The translations under genes were made by a program, and so were the position numbers. From Callorhinchus milii (taxonomy: Eukaryota), in contig NW_024704755.1 of assembly GCF_018977255.1 (NCBI RefSeq), forward strand, positions 10,788,001-10,852,000: a stretch of 64,000 nucleotides of DNA. Reading direction: 5' to 3'. The notes beneath the pieces were generated by a model. The model saw nothing but the letters and a program-made list of their open reading frames with translations, was not told where the DNA came from and made no database searches. Positions 1 through 12,458 of this stretch are shown one piece after another. The stretch's first letter is position 1. Every line of letters begins with the position of its first letter.

Positions 1-3000
1 TGCCATGGGGTCAATATAGCAAATAAATTTCCCCACCAGTCAATTTTTTAAAAAAAATAGACATTTGTACATGCATGTTAAAGTGAAAATCATAATTAGT
101 GCTACTTAGCCACATTTTGCATATATTACCTAAGGTTAATTGTTACCTAAACTACATAATTTCCTAATTCTAAATTGTGGTACTTATACTGAACAAAGCC
201 ATCATATTTCACAGAAATACACTATTACATGTCAAAATAATTCTTAGTTGTCTTTTCGACTAAAGAGTACCTGACAGAAAGATATGTAAAATCTCAAGAA
301 ACTGATTTTTTTTAAGCTTGACACAACTGTATCAGTATTCACAAACTCAAAACAATTATCATGAATGCAAGCTGTTTAATAGTAAGCAGTGTGTCTACTC
401 TACACCTCATACAATGATTTCTTTACATGTAATTAATAGCTACAGAACTGAGCTCTGTACGACGCCATAGCAATAGTTTTTTTTAAAGCATTGGTGAAGC
501 TTTTAGATTTTAGCTTTTAAATTCTCATTTTTAAATTCAGAATATTACGGCACATATGTTACTTAATTCGCTTTCATTGTAAATGTTCTCCCTCCTAAGG
601 GACTCACACATGCTGGGGTATCTTTGCATGAGTGCCTCCAGCACCTCATCCAAATGATTATTCTTAATGAACGAGCCAAGACAATGAATGTTGGGTTGCC
701 TATTTGTCTGTGGAGAGCATCATACCTAGGCCTGATCCTGTCATTACCTCAGTTCAGCACATGCTCACTTTAATATAGAGGTCAATGGATAATGATCAGC
801 AGTATAAATGTTGGTTGGTTCTCCTCTTCCCTAACTCAAAGGTGCTAAGTCAATTGCAGTGCCTCAACCTCGATCAACCAACTAGGCATAGCCTAGAAAT
901 TGAACTTACAACATTTCAATTCTGCATTGACTGTGTACTAAAGCTTCGCATTACAGGAAACTACAACAGAATTACTGGGAAGTTGCATGTTGTGACAAGA
1001 TTGGTGTCATGAGGAAATGTACACACTGTATTCCATAGGGCAAGAAACATCCTGTCACTTCAATCAGTATTACAGATCGGTTCTTTAAGGATGATATCAA
1101 TTCTATTTGTTTCACTACAAACCTTTCATTGAGTAATATTCATCAATCACCATGCGTTGGACCATGTTAGTAACACTTAACAGATTTGTTCGAAAGTTCT
1201 GTCATGGTGACATTTCGACATGCAAGGCAAGATTGCAGTATAAGCGTATTCCACTGCATTTAGCTTGTATAAAGTGTAAATTAGATTAAATGGATTTTCT
1301 TCATGATAGAAATAATATATATTGGACTTGGTTCTCAGTATTACAAAGGTAGATGTAAAGAAATGATCTGTTGAAAACTCTTGGGTGATTCTTTGAAAGA
1401 AGAGAAAAAATAGGGCAACTCAGGGAGGAACAAAAATTCAAGAAATGTTATTGTTTGTTGAAGTACATATAACAAATTTAACATGAGAATTTTATCAATT
1501 CATTAAATCAGCACATTGTACAGGGGATATGCTAAATATTTTGCACTATTTATTTTTTAATGTGTTACTGCAAAGAATATGGAAAATTTGGAAAAAATTA
1601 TGTTGTCATTCTAAGAAAATGCTAAAGGGGATCTGATTTTTAACCTGTAAAACAAAACAGCATATTTGGAACACAGTTGTAAAATGTTCACAATTAAAAA
1701 TAATGTATGTCTTGCTTTTAAATCTGTAAATGTAGGACATTGGTATCCAAAAAGTGATGGGTCCCAATAGGATTCACCAGCAGTATCCTTTGATTCATAA
1801 TTAGTGAGATTTGTTGTGAAATCAAAACTTTTAAGACCTTATTACTTACAATAGGATGCAAATTAATAAACACATTTTAAAAGTTTCAAATCACGAAGCT
1901 TTCGTTGAGCGTGTAGTCTTTTGGTATTATGATCACAAAATAATACATAATTTCCCCTCCCCCAAACATACAGGTAAGATAATTTTTATAAATAGCTGCT
2001 GAAATTGTGGAAAAGTGTGATTTTTATCTTGTCAAATGTGATGCCTGTACAGTTAAAAGTATCCAGTATTATTTGCCACATGTTCTGACCGCGTTCTCTA
2101 CCACAGCAGTTAAGTTACAGTGCGCCAGCTGTTCAAACAGATAGGATTTATCTGCTTTATTTTGATAGTTTCATATTTCTGACATGAATGAAACACCAGT
2201 ATATGAGGAGGATGCAAAGCCCTTTATACTACAGTAATGTGGCAAGACCACCTGTGGGGAATAAAGAAGTGATTGCGCTATGAAAGTTATCGTGTTAGTT
2301 TACGTAAATAGTTTAGAATGTTTCAACCCCACTTTTTGGATAATAATGCACAATGTTATCATACAGGTTCACTCGTGGTCAGCATTTAACCTGACAAACA
2401 GGGTAGTGACTATGGTTTTCAAAACAAACATTATTTATTTAAATGTGTTGTGAAACAAGTAGTCCCTTCTTTCCTCAGTTTATACAAGAGATTTCCTCCA
2501 GATAGCTCGGACAGTGGATTTAAAATAAATTATAACAAAAATCCATCAGTGCAGTTTTAACAGGAACAAACACAGGAAGAAGTATCAGAGTAAATGCATC
2601 TCTCCCCATTTCATCTGTTGCAGATCAAAAAGATCCATTATGCAGTTTACCACACATTTGCATATCCTGTTTAATCCTTCCTGTTTGGCACGCGTGGAAT
2701 GATTGATAAAAATATGGTACAAAAACCAACACTCCATCTTAACTGACAACACTATCAAACCACATTCAAAATTGAACACGAATGCTTACTATACATACAA
2801 TAATGCCAATTTGCATGGCATCAAATGACTTTCTGGAGCACTTATCTCACCCTTTCAATTCAGTTTACATCATTATATTGTTTATCAGCATGTTTTTGTC
2901 ATCCAGACTTTGTGGAATATTTTGTTTCTTTGTTCCATTTCCAATTGTCAACAATTCGTAAATATGTATCCATAACAAAAGTCTAACTATTTAATGTGTT

Positions 3001-3276
3001 CAAACACACTGTGCAAAGGTAAAACAATTAAGGATGTTTAAAAGTGAATAGATACTAAAGAAGTAAATGTTTGGGGGAGAAAATGGGATTAGCCTGCTCC
3101 TGTTTAATCATACATTGTGGAACACCATACTATTTCTAGCAAATGAGATAGGTTGTTCTGTAATAAATAAAACCAGTTCTTGAATGACAACGAGAAAGAA
3201 GTTTGAATGAGACGGGAATCAATACATTTTGACAATTAAAACCAACAATCTTGAGACCTACACATGTACAAGCATT

Positions 3277-3589
3277 TAATAATAATAGTAATCCTTGCAT
3301 TTGATATAGCGCTTTTCACGACTTCTAGACATCTCAGAACGCTTCACAGAATATACTGTAAAGTGAAGTGACTGTATATTTGTGGGCAAAACGCAGCAGC
3401 CAATTGCACACATCAGTGTCCCACAAAGAGTAGTGGATTGAAGTGACCAATTTATTATTTTTTTTCTTGAAGGATTATTATCAGGCGTGTGGAGTAAGAA
3501 AACTTGCCCAAGGTTTCCCCCTGCCGGGAATTGAACCCAGGTCTCTCACTTGCAAGGTGAGTGCTCCAACCACTGAGCTAAAGGACTCC
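3277..3589 (-). mobile_element. tRNA-derived SINE with head and L2-type tail
   Basis: The minus strand begins ggagtcctttagctcagtggttggagcactcaccttgcaagtgagagacctgggttcaattccc, with A and B boxes and a TGC-anticodon-like loop. It ends gcgctatatcaaatgcaaggatt(att)n. The body recurs many times in the window. Confidence 0.88.
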
Positions 3590-4602
3590 ACATTTATGAG
3601 TTAAAGTCCTTGAATATTATATTTCTGAGTTTCACCATCAGTGGGTGTTCCAAACTTTATGTGGCTTGTAAGTTCATGACGGTGATTTAAGCAATTATTT
3701 GTTTGGCATGTGATCATTAAGAATGTTAACCTTACATAGTCTTCTTTAGAAATCAGGTCAAAAACTACATTAGACTTTCCAGCATGCTGAAGAGCTTTTC
3801 TTATTTTTGCCAATAATATAGTTTGAGTTTCTTGGACTACTCCCTTTCACCTCCCAAACCAAGACTTAAAACATAATGAGGAGTGATTAATTGGTGTTTA
3901 AATCAAAGGAAAGAAACTCCAGTCAGATCAAGAGGGAAAAAAATGCAGAAAAAATGTAATACATTTTCAGGTTACTGCCACCATCCACTCATACAAGATT
4001 GCAGGAAACCGAATGTTGAAGATATAAAAACATTTGGCAAAATATTAAAAACTGAAACCACATTAAAAACAGAACGTATTTAAAGCCACTTTATGGGATG
4101 AGGAAAGTATATTCTGTTTACATAAAAGAGAACACTAGCAAGACCTAAACCACAGTGGTTAAATAAAGAAGTCAGGATGAATATCAAAAATGAGCAAAAG
4201 TGGCAGTCATGATGGTGTAGTAGATGCAGCTGCAGGACGAGGAGCGTGCTGGACACAGCAGGGACTGAATGGGTGGTTAAATTGGCCCCAGCCTTCCAAA
4301 GGTTTAGGGAGGGTAAAATCAGCCAGGTTTCCTAATCCTGGACTGATCTCCGCTCAGTCCTCTCTCTTGTGGTAGTGTACACGTGTGGCACAGATGAGAA
4401 CTATGATGCCCTCTATAGTCGGGTGGCCTCATTGCCAAGGCTCGTGCATTAACCTGAGGGTAAAAATGGAAAAGCAGCCCAGCATCATGAGGTTGGAGAT
4501 AAGGAGCAAGTGCATATGTCAATGGAGGGGAAAATGTAAACAATGAGGAGAAGCTATATGTAAAAAAAAGTAATGAGGATTGGGATTTGAGGCAGTTGAG
4601 GT

Positions 4603-4870
4603 TTACTAAACAAGGTGTAAAAAAATATAAGTGGACAACAGGTAATGGCAGGTTAATATACATAAAAGTTAAAATAAAATTAGGGGAGAATTAGGAAGAG
4701 AGAATAAAGTAGTTTTAAAAAAACACAGAAAGGTATTACAAATTGTTTTTAATATTGTTGGCTTAATATTGCAGAAATACAGCTCCCCTGATGTTTGAAT
4801 AACTTTGCTCCCATTCAGCCCCTGCTATTAGTACGTTCCAATTTTGCAATCAATGAGCTGAACCTTTAAG
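4603..4870 (+). repeat. Left arm of a 268 bp inverted repeat (partner 6131-6398)
   Basis: Its reverse complement matches 6131-6398 with about 4 substitutions by manual comparison. Confidence 0.93.
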
Positions 4871-6130
4871 AACCAGTCTGCTCAGGGAGAGGCAAGTTTC
4901 TGTCGACCTGGCAACGGACCACAGGTCAAGCCCAGAATGTAAAGATTCTAAAAATATTAAAATTGAAGCAAACTGGGTGAGGCAGTAAATTTACAACACT
5001 GTTTTTTTTACCTCTAGAATATCGGTTTGAATCTGGCTATGACGAATAGGCTGACAGTCTCCTCTCTTGGCTTTTAACGCTCTTGAAGAAAATGAGTTTC
5101 GTCACTCCCAGTGGAATTTGTAGTAGACAGTGCCATTGCTCAAAATAGACCACATTTCAGCATAAATTGTGCTAAATCACTCAACGAAGACATAAAGTTA
5201 CTTATGTGACAAATAATAGCCCTTATATTTGACATAATGCCTTTTCACATCCAGAGGATGTCTCAAGTGCTTCACAGGATATACTGGAAAATAGACGGAA
5301 CTGTGGGTGAATAAAACAATTCATACTGGTGCATGAGGCGTGCAGTACGGATGCTCTTGAAGTCGGGTTTTAAACACCCATTTGGGGTCAGTAATAATTG
5401 AGTTTCTCTACATCTGATTTATGTTCTCCATGTCCTGGAGGCTGCCTGATTTTTTTTTGATGGGGGGACGTAGATGTCAGCTGGGTGTCTGATACGTGTG
5501 CAAATCTATCAGCATGCTTAAGAGTATCCAAAACCAAGCTGCGATTCCCATGCAGCCCACCAACACATGGAAATCCCAGAGATAGATTGTTGGAATGGAA
5601 TGCACACTCTCTCCCTAGAGGGATGCATCCTGATTACCTAATTCTGGAAAGTATTAGGCGCAGGTTGGCAAGAGCCAAAGCTTGGGAAACCCCAAGTGTG
5701 CGTTGGGGTACTGCTGGAGTCTAACCAGCTAAAGCCGCATAGCTTGCCATTGATATCACTGTCTGGCAAGCTTTCCCACTGCTTGTCCAGCTAAGGCCAT
5801 CCTACCCGTTAGGGCTTTGGCTTGCAGGGTTAACATGAGCTCAGTGGGATGCCCCCAGTGCCTGATGTGAACCATAAAAAGATTTTAAGGAGCATTCATT
5901 GCAACTTTTAAGTGTTTTAGGTGGGGCCAGCAACCCCTATGCCCACATTGCGTTGCTTATTAAAACTCATGACTCAGTTCAATGTTTGACAATTTTCAGT
6001 TAGAAATTTGATAAGTTTGGAAGCTCCATGCAAAATTACTGAGGTTGTTTTTACAGTAATTACTGTGATGTGCTTCGTGACATTTCAACATGATATAGGT
6101 GCTATAAAAAGCTGGATTCTCCATTAGACC

Positions 6131-6398
6131 CTTAAAGGTTCAGCTCATTGATTGCAAAACTGGAACGTACTAATAGCAGGGGCTGAATGGGAGCAAAGTT
6201 ATTCAAACATCAGGGGAGCTGTATTTCTGCAATATTAAGCCAACAATATTAAAAATAATTTGTAATACCTTTCTGTGTTTTTTTAAAACTACTTTATTCT
6301 CTCTTCCTAATTCTCCCCTAATTTTATTTTAACTTTTATGTATATTAACCTGCCATTCCCTGTTGTCCACTTATATTTCTTTACACCTTGTTTAGTAA
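6131..6398 (-). repeat. Right arm of a 268 bp inverted repeat (partner 4603-4870)
   Basis: cttaaaggttcagctcattg...acaccttgtttagtaa is the reverse complement of ttactaaacaaggtgt...caatgagctgaacctttaag. Confidence 0.93.
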
Positions 6399-7184
6399 TT
6401 ATTTAAATTCAAAGCTTTGTTTTTATTTCTATTTGCAAAAAACTTTTGTACGTATTTGTGTATTTACTTAGACAATATGATCTGTCTTTGGATTAAACTT
6501 GCAATTAAAGATCTTAGCAGGAATCATTCTGCCTGTGGTAATATTATCACACATTTAACACTTTTAATGGAATGTTTACTTTGGCAGAACCCCAACTTTT
6601 GCAAGCTTACCACAAATCAGCATTTTACACATTGAATTAAATACAACTGTAATGGATTAGTGCATAATGACCAAACCACCACTTATACAGTCGATTAATG
6701 GATGAACCAGATAAATTGGATGGCTTTTTTCTATTAATTACTTACAATGTTAGGCATATTCAAAAGTGGGGTTTAAAATATGCAGAATTAATAGGTCTCC
6801 ATTAATAAATATGGTAAAGGATTTTTAAATCAAGAGGATTTGGGTGCAACTATTAAAGCATCTGATCAATGTAGCATTGTAAATGAGATAAATCAAGTCC
6901 TTTACCTGTGCTTCCCTGACTGCCACTTCTTTTCTCTTCCTTTCTGTTCCTTATTCTCCTATTTTGTTTCTGAATTTTCCAGCAGTTCTTAAAAATAGTT
7001 TTACCCATTTCTATCTTTGGAGCTGATATTATTTAATTAAACAGGTCAATAAATTGATATAAAGTTATTGTGCACTACAGTAAATCAAAAATAGTTGGAG
7101 CAGTTTAGCACCCAGTGGAATTGTTGGATTTTTTTTTTTCAAAAATCTCATTTTATAAATTGTGAAAGATAGAATCACAACTAC

Positions 7185-7722
7185 CAAACAGTCTTTGAAC
7201 ATGTTGGCACCAACAACCCCAATAAACAAGCTAGTCATTGGAAGTCTAGAGCAGCTCTGCCTTGATGAAAGTGGCTGGTAGAGGATCAGTCTCATTAACA
7301 GATTGACAATCGAGCCAATCTGCTCAATTAACTGTGTCCAGCCAACTTGCATAATGTAGTACAAGGATATCAGCAGACTGTGCAGCTGGTGTAAACTTGT
7401 CTGCACATCATCAAGTACAATTTCCATTCACTGAGCTCTAAGGGCTTTCCCTATCTTGTCCAGGTAGGAATTGAAGGGGCCAATTCCTGATTCTTCCAAA
7501 CTGATGAAGGATATTATTCTGCATTCAGTGTATAATGAAGAATAATCTCATCTTTTTAATAAATTAATTCTGTGTAAGTTCTGTAACTCAGTTAATGCCC
7601 TCCTTGCATTTGGTTTTCCTCAATTATTGGACACCCAATGCCAGTGAAATTCAACCTTCATCTTTCATAATCATAACTTCTTCCAAACATTTGAGGCATG
7701 GAGAGGAATGTAGATGAGTCAC
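7185..7722 (-). pseudogene. Decayed exon-like block, candidate exon 5
   Basis: Acceptor tttatacAG|GT, phase-compatible with the 7976 donor. Reads GDSSTFLSMPQMFGRSYDYER* followed by coding-like segments broken by stops and frameshifts. The 3' boundary is uncertain. Confidence 0.35.
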
Positions 7723-7975
7723 CTGTATAAATGCAAATGCATGATTTATGAACACATCATTGAACTTTACAACAGAACTTTGCTTTTTTTAAGACTGCGG
7801 TTAAATGTGAATTAATTTCTGGAATGTAGATAGAAATGGAAGATGAATATTGCAATTTTTTTAAAATAAAAATTGCTGTGCAATGATTTACTGCTATTTT
7901 ATGTTGGTCTGAATTACGTGCGCCTGATGTTTTTATAGCAAATGGTATAACTCATTCTATTAAAAAAAAGCTTAC

Positions 7976-8270
7976 CAGAATCTGCAGATTTGACTGCTGT
8001 GGTATCTTCCCTGCTCAATGGAAAGTAGGCCTGCTTTATTCTCAGTGCAGTCTGTTGTTTTCAGGAGTACCACTATAAGCCAACTTCAATTTGGAAATCA
8101 CGGTGCTTTCTCCAGTCCCTTGCATCCCTATCGGGCATGCCAGGCATTTCAATGGCCGTGTTGACAGGCTTCTAAGGTGCATAACTTCATCTGTTTCTTT
8201 CAAGGAATTACGAAAAACCACTTATCTCAAGCATGGATTGCATGTTACAATAGTTTTGCATACCATTTTC
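7976..8270 (-). pseudogene. Decayed exon, candidate exon 4 of the Sowah-like gene
   Basis: Acceptor ttgtAG|GAA and donor CTG|GTAAG, 295 nt (phase 0 to 1). The frame continuing from exon 3 reads ENGMQNYCNMQSMLEISGFS* with five in-frame stops, the first being TAA at 8210-8208, and ends PLSREDTTAVKSADS. Confidence 0.5.
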
Positions 8271-8432
8271 CTACAACCACTGCCAACATAAATCAAACCA
8301 CTCTTGTTAACAACAGCGGCAACAACTTGCATTTGTGTAGTACCCTTTATGTACTACACATAGCACATCCGAGCACTTCACAGTGGGGGGGTTGGATTCT
8401 GAGCAGGGAAAGAGAAGTGGGAGGTGACCATA

Positions 8433-8965
8433 CAACAACAACAACAAGATTCCATTTATTGAGCGCCTTTCACGTCGGGAGGACGTCCCAAGGCGCTGTA
8501 CAGTTAGGTCAGGACCCGAGCAGGGGGGAAATGGTGAGGGGAGGGAAGGGAGGGAGCGAGGAGGGGGTAGAGATTTGAGAGAGGAGCTGAAGGCACGGTC
8601 AAAGAGAAAGGTCTTGAGACCGGCGTTGAAGGAGGAAAGGGAGGAAGCGGCGAAGGCACTGGGGGATAGAGTTCCAGAGCCTCGGGGCTGAGAGGCTGAA
8701 GGCCCGGCCACCGATGGTAGGGCGGTTGGGCGGGGGATGTGGAGCAGACCGGAGCCAGAGAAACGGAGGGTACGGGCAGGTAGGTAGGGGAATAGTAGGT
8801 TGGAGAGGTAGGAGGGAGCAAGGCCGTGAATGGCCTTGTAGGTGAGGATGAGGATCTTGAAATCGATCCTCTGGGGGATGGGGAGCCAGTGGAGGCGAGC
8901 GAGGGTGGGAGTGATGTGGTCCCGAAGCCTGGTCCGGGACAGTACACGAGCTGCAGAGTTCTGAA
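8433..8965 (-). mobile_element. 5'-truncated LINE2 (L2 clade) with ORF2 C-terminus, 3' UTR and (TTG)n tail
   Basis: Translates as IQNSAARVLSRTRLRDHITPTLARLHWLPIPQRIDFKILILTYKAIHGLAPSYL...GGRAFSLSAPRLWNSIP...LKTFLF, typical of the L2 ORF2 end. It is GC-rich, frameshifted and flanked by TGACCATA on both sides. Confidence 0.92.
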
Positions 8966-8973
8966 TGACCATA

Positions 8974-9150
8974 GGTAAAGAGAAAGGTTTTAACTGGGAT
9001 TTGAAGATGGATTAAAGAAGTGGCGAGGTTGAGCGATTGACACAAGGAATTCCACAAATTACGGGTGTAATGTCTGAAGGCTCAGCCATCGATGGTGATA
9101 TGGGGGGTGTGAAACGTGCAGCAGGCCTGTGTTAGTTGAGCTAAGGTGGG
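8974..9150 (-). mobile_element. Older L2 fragment (host of the nested L2; continues at about 8315-8424)
   Basis: Degenerate LWNSLCQSLNLATSL...KTFLFTYG, the same ORF2-end motif. Its 3' tail (aacaacttgcatt...) lies on the other side of the younger insert. Confidence 0.7.
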
Positions 9151-10419
9151 TGTTTTACTACTAAAACAGTCACCATGAACTGAAAGCCATTATCATGTTG
9201 AGGACAACTGATATTTTGCATTCTATAAAATATCAACTGGAAACTAAAATAAAAAGGACATGCATTATACGACTTTCAATTATACAGAAGCACAGCAAAT
9301 TTATGTAAACATGAAAGATGTTTTGGTTGTTAGAAATCTGGAACTCTAAAAATGGTTTTCTGACCTACTCATTTTGTGGGCCACATTTTAAAAGTTCTTT
9401 CAAATTGCCCTGTGCTGTGCATCATTTCCCAAAACAAAATATTTTACAATCTTTAATTAAAATTTGACAAGACTTTTAATTAGCCATTAATGAAAAATGC
9501 AAGACAGGAGTAATCACAAATTACAGTGAAAGAAAGATTTTGTTTATAACCATCTTTACCATTTCAAGTCGTAAAAATGCATGCATTGAAAATATAATCT
9601 GCCTCCAAGTATACCCTAGGAGCTGGAAGTCAATGGATCTGAACAGAAAGTTTCTCCAATAAATAAATGAATGAGTATATTTTGACTGAAATAGTTTTGT
9701 ACTGATTTTGCCAAATACAGTTGTGTGCTATTCAGTTAATGGATTTTCTGCCCAGGCTGTTGACACAACCAGCTGCTAGTAACTCCCAGCAGAAATAAGA
9801 CTGCTGAAAGCTGTTAAGGGTATCCTGAAGGGTACAGTGGTTATTGGAGGTTTAATTCATTCTGGGCCCAACATGATTTAAAAGTCTGAGCATCGCAATG
9901 TGAAATGTTTATATATTAGAAAGTAATTAGGTGGTACATTAGAATCTACTAAAGGAAAATTAATGTCTTCAGAGGAAAAAGTAAGCATTTTCATAACGCC
10001 CATCGATAGAATCTGAGTACCACTCTTAACATGGGTCTCTCAGTCTGGCAGAGCATACAGAATCTGTAATTGTATCATAATATGCAGTACATGAAAATAA
10101 TTACCTTCTTTTATTGTGCTGTACAAGAATACCATGTGTGCTGATATGATTGGGGGGGGGGGTTAGGAGAGAAGTCAGATAAGATATTATACAGTAAGTT
10201 TACTTGATTATCTTTTAAATAATAAAATCAAAAGCACAATTTTGAGAAATAACATGTAAATCATACATTCTAACAATATGCTATTGATATTTGAAAATAA
10301 AGGCTCACAAAACTGCATAGTGGGAGAAATAACATCTGAACAGTATGTTAACTAGTGTCTTGCATACAAATCACCAGAGATAACAGTGAATTTTACATCA
10401 GGTATTGTCTATCACATAC

Positions 10420-10674
10420 CTCATCTGCTTGTGTGATCACAACGAATGGTATGCAGCTACTTCTGTCATCTTTTTCATCTTCAAGCAGAGCTTCCTCTGT
10501 TCCTGCCCGAGTTGATGGATCCAAAACCCACCATTCCAGCAGGTTTGCTGGAGCTTCGTCAGGGAAGTCAGTGTCAACAGATCTCTTTGAATCATCTACA
10601 AAAGCTGACAATGTCTCTTCCTCAACTCCAAATGCACCATCGCTAGCTGGTTTAAGGACAACATACTTTGTTCT
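10420..10674 (-). CDS. Sowah-like gene, coding exon 3 (255 nt, phase 0 to 0)
   Basis: Long pyrimidine tract then aatAG|. Fully open frame RTKYVVLKPASDGAFGVEEETLSAF...IPFVVITQADE, donor GAG|GTATGT. KYVVLK is the motif closing the Sowah N-terminal domain and continues directly from exon 2. Confidence 0.75.
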
Positions 10675-12179
10675 CTATTTGAAAAGAGAAAACAAAAACA
10701 TTAAAAAAAACTACACAAACAGTCATGCTTTAAACAAGAGATTATAATCCTTTTCAGTTCTGCATTCCAGTAATAAATCTTCAATAATCTGTGTTGGCTG
10801 TCATTGTAACAACCTAAGTTAGTGTCCATTTATCTAGCTTTAAATTTCTCAAATCTAAGAGGGCTACTATCTCATTTAGATGTGGTTAAGCAGCACTGTA
10901 TTGCCTTTGGATTTACTTTTTTTCTTATTACTGCATTAATATTCTTGGCTGTTCAAGTCACAATTCAAAGTCATTTAAAGAAGCCTTAATAAGACAATGA
11001 TGCTTTTACAGAAAATATCTGGTACTACTGTACAATTCTATAAAAAATAAATCTATTCACCAGAACTAAAGACAAATCTCAAACTTAGTATAATGGTGTC
11101 TGTCTGCTTGTGACTTTGAGGATTACTAACTTTATTTTGAATAAATATATTTCTTAATCCTAAAATAGATATGTAATATACATTAAAAACTGAGAGGATG
11201 ATATTTTATCGATGAGTTTTAGGTATGTTTAGAACAAAATGCAGTTGTGATTCACTCCTGGAATTCATCACTGAGCCTCACCACGAATAAGATGGATGAA
11301 TAAGATTTTTAAAAAAGTAGTTTTTACTGATATCTGACAATGCAATTTGTCATCATATGGTCTTTCACACAGCTTTCACATACCTCTGTAGGCATTCACT
11401 CCATGATAACATACCCACTGATTTATTACATTTAGTGAATGTTATAATAAATGGAATTTTACACCTACATGTGTTTGTACGCATTGCTTAATTAGAATTA
11501 ATCCCAAATTACTGGAAATTAGTTATTTTTTATGATTTACAAGTTCCAATTTACAATTTATAATTTGGGTAGAAATCCATCTGCACTGATAATATTATTT
11601 AAAATGTTAGTTTCAAAATGATCGCCATGCCTAAGAGTATCCAAACCAGACTGAGAGTTTGACATATGTCTGCCAACTATGATGGCAATTTCACTTTATC
11701 TGGAATGGGGCACACATTCTCTCCCTGGAGGGACTTAGCCCAGCTTAACTCATTCTGGAAAGTATTGGGCACAGCCTGGGGTTACCAACTGAAGCTCTGG
11801 ATTACAAATGCAGTGCCAAAATCAACATATTGTAAGCAAAAAGCAATGTAATGAGCCACATCAGTATTTAGGAATCGAGCATACATACGAGATTTGTTGT
11901 ACTAATTGCTTGGGAAGGAAAGACCGTCATGTAAATAATATAGCCCCAAGAGTCTGCCATTTTCCAACTACGGTATTCAAAGACTTTTGGTACATTTGTC
12001 TAAGCGTGACAGTGAATCCAATGAGGATGATGAAATGTAAAGCAAAAATACACCTGTTTCAGACATTTGTGTAAACCTCATTCTGAACACTTATTTAAAA
12101 ATTATATCCCTTTCAATTACAGGTATACATTAATCCACCCTTTTTAGGTTTGCATTTGCTTTATTTTTCTTCAAAAAAA

Positions 12180-12458
12180 ATAATCCTTCAAAAAAAACAA
12201 TAATAAAATCGGTCACTTCAATCCACGACTGTTTGTGGGACACTGCTGTGCGCAATTGGCTGCCAAGTTTTGCCCACAAATATACAGTCAATTCACTTTA
12301 CAGTATATTCTGTGAAACGCTTTACAACAACAACAAAATTACATGTATATAGCGCATTTCACGTCGAGAGGACGTCCCAAGGCACTGGACAGACAGTTTT
12401 TTTACAACATCTCAAAGACGTTACAAGGAGCTATATCAAATGCAAGGATTATTATTAT
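12180..12458 (+). mobile_element. SINE 3' part, interrupted by a reversed L2 3'-end fragment (about 12324-12386)
   Basis: ggtcacttcaatccacgactgtttgtgggacactgctgtgcgcaattggctgcc...atatcaaatgcaaggattattatt. The insert resembles 8433-8500. Confidence 0.85.

Noticed and set aside
3515-3589. tRNA-Ala(TGC)-like sequence on the minus strand
   Set aside because: The acceptor stem is imperfect and the sequence runs straight into a SINE body and tail, so it is a SINE head, not a tRNA gene.
4603-6398. Interpretation of the inverted repeat as a TIR DNA transposon
   Set aside because: There is no TSD, no recognisable terminal motif and no transposase remnant. It is kept only as an inverted duplication.
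10355-10747. 130 aa plus-strand Ser-rich ORF
   Set aside because: It is the antisense shadow of the minus-strand Sowah-like exon 3, which has the splice signals and the family motif.
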